In this document: piece after piece, positions 62,944-64,000 of the stretch | Layout: each line of letters starts with the position of its first letter | How positions within the stretch are numbered: the stretch's first letter is position 1 | Source: Candidatus Kaiserbacteria bacterium | GTDB lineage: Bacteria > Patescibacteriota > Minisyncoccia > Phycocordibacterales > Phycocordibacteraceae | NCBI GenBank assembly: GCA_026396675.1 | Contig: JAPLWI010000014.1 | Coordinates: 376 to 64,375, forward strand | Direction of reading: 5' to 3' | Length of the DNA: 64,000 nucleotides | Notes under the pieces: model-generated | What the model saw: the letters and a program-made list of their open reading frames with translations, nothing else | Told to the model about the DNA's origin: nothing | Database searches by the model: none | Program-made: the position numbers and the translations under genes

Positions 62944-64000
62944 TCAGGTCTTGCGGTATGCCGCGACGTTGAGGATACAACCGCACATAAGGAGAACAGC
63001 CATGAGAGCGGTTCCTCCATGAGAAATAAAAGGCAATGGAAGTCCAGTTAGCGGAATAATACCGAGCATCGCGCAGATATTGCAAAATGCCTGCAAGATG
63101 ATGATGAAGGAGAATCCGAGAGCTACGAGTCCGCCAAAAAGGTCGCGCGAATTCCCCGCTATCACTATTCCGCGCGATGAAAGCGCGACAAAGAGCGCGA
63201 GAAGCATTGCCGCACCAACAAATCCTGTCTCTTCTGCAAAGACCGCAAATACAGAATCACCATCTGGCTCAGGTAAATAATTGAATTTTTCCACACTTTG
63301 GCCGAGCCCTCTGCCAAGAAGCCCACCAGAACCAATAGCAATTAATGATTGTTGTATTTGATATCCGCTACTTAAAGAATTCGCCGAAGGATTGAGAAAT
63401 GTCTTAACTCGCTCTAGCGCGTATGGTCGTACGAAAATAATCGTACTGAGCGCAATAATTGCGATAAGTGCGAGAATACAGAAATCGCGCCATGGAGCTC
63501 CAGCGACAAAATACATTACTGCTCCGGTCACGATTATAAGGATTGCCGTTGAGGTATTCGGTTGCGCCAAAAGAAGTACGCTGGGAATTAAGAGGATAGC
63601 TATGAATGGCAGTAGCCCTTTTTTCGGGCTCGCAAGTTGTCGTGCGTGTGGCGCGAGCCACCAAGCGAGTACCAGCACAAAGCCGATTTTAAGAAATTCT
63701 GACGGCTGTACGGTGGTGAAATGAAGATTAATCCAACGCGTTGCGCCTCCAGCATGGAATCCAATACCTGGGACAAAAACGAGTGCAGTAAAAATAAGTG
63801 TTGCGATGAACACGAACGGTGCAGATTTTTTCAACCATGCGAGCGGAACAGCGCGTGCAGTCAAGAGCGCCACAAGCCCAAGCCCAAGCCCGAGTCCCGC
63901 CTGAAGTAAGATATCTTTCGATACAGAACTACTTTCGCGAGCGAGGAGACCGAGCGCCGCAGAAGAAAATATTGCAAGACCGACGAATACGATTCCAAGC
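62944..64000 (-). CDS. ftsW: Peptidoglycan glycosyltransferase FtsW/RodA (SEDS family), 5' end beyond the window
   Basis: Multi-TM SEDS protein. The reading frame stays open upstream of the GTG at 63873 through to the window edge (no stop in 63874..64000). Confidence 0.85.
   Translation of the reverse strand, partial: LGIVFVGLAIFSSAALGLLARESSSVSKDILLQAGLGLGLGLVALLTARAVPLAWLKKSAPFVFIATLIFTALVFVPGIGFHAGGATRWINLHFTTVQPSEFLKIGFVLVLAWWLAPHARQLASPKKGLLPFIAILLIPSVLLLAQPNTSTAILIIVTGAVMYFVAGAPWRDFCILALIAIIALSTIIFVRPYALERVKTFLNPSANSLSSGYQIQQSLIAIGSGGLLGRGLGQSVEKFNYLPEPDGDSVFAVFAEETGFVGAAMLLALFVALSSRGIVIAGNSRDLFGGLVALGFSFIIILQAFCNICAMLGIIPLTGLPLPFISHGGTALMAVLLMCGCILNVAAYRKT

Noticed and set aside
1-64000. 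CRISPR array or cas genes
   Set aside because: No regularly spaced direct repeats with unique spacers were seen. The repeated palindromes are dispersed singly inside or between genes, not arrayed.
1-64000. Alternative genetic code (UGA recoding) as in some candidate phyla
   Set aside because: Long housekeeping ORFs (topA, dnaB, cysS, gltX and others) read through cleanly with standard stops. A tRNA-Trp with a CCA anticodon is present. Nothing suggests in-frame TGA codons.

Overview
This 64 kb window is a gene-dense bacterial chromosomal segment in the standard genetic code. It looks like a small-genome lineage, possibly Candidate Phyla Radiation/Patescibacteria. The cues are a class-I LysRS, a VirB2/TrbC-like pilin protein, a fragmented dcw cluster and short RelA and DnaX proteins, but that placement is inference only.

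Most of the window is ordinary housekeeping: topA, rel, parB, miaA, dprA, serS, ftsQ-like, dus, dnaX, mltG, fmt, def, murA, two mreB paralogs with mreC, mreD and PBP2, holB, frr, rseP, proS, greA, lysK (class I), mraZ-rsmH-ftsL-ftsI-murF, rmuC, rplU, a DEAD-box helicase, recR, dnaB, cysS, corA, ctpA, rplI, rpmA, a LOG-family protein, an M23 peptidase, gltX, murG and ftsW (partial at the window edge). Five tRNAs are present (Trp, Leu-CAA, candidate Gln, Asn, Glu).

The feature I rate highest is a family of four ~43-bp perfect palindromic elements. Three of them sit in frame inside essential genes (miaA, holB, gltX) and one lies between ftsW and murG. Each encodes the same peptide (G/D-F-G/V-N-P-S-S-D-D-G-F-P/T-K-P/S) on either strand, much like Rickettsia palindromic elements.

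Other notable items:
- a pilin-like hairpin fused to a lytic transglycosylase (SLT) domain
- a NUDIX-receiver fusion, an Xis-like HTH and a SET-domain protein next to tRNA-Asn
- a mazEF module bracketed by near-identical terminators
- a 21-bp inverted-repeat pair overlapping the topA start codon and the stop codon of the adjacent endonuclease/exonuclease/phosphatase (EEP) gene
- a recurring terminator consensus
- tandem hairpin repeats between rplI and rpmA
- a ~37-bp imperfect direct repeat of the ctp 3' end flanking an inserted hypothetical gene
- a low-GC islet carrying an HNH endonuclease

No CRISPR array, rRNA gene, integrase or transposase was recognised.
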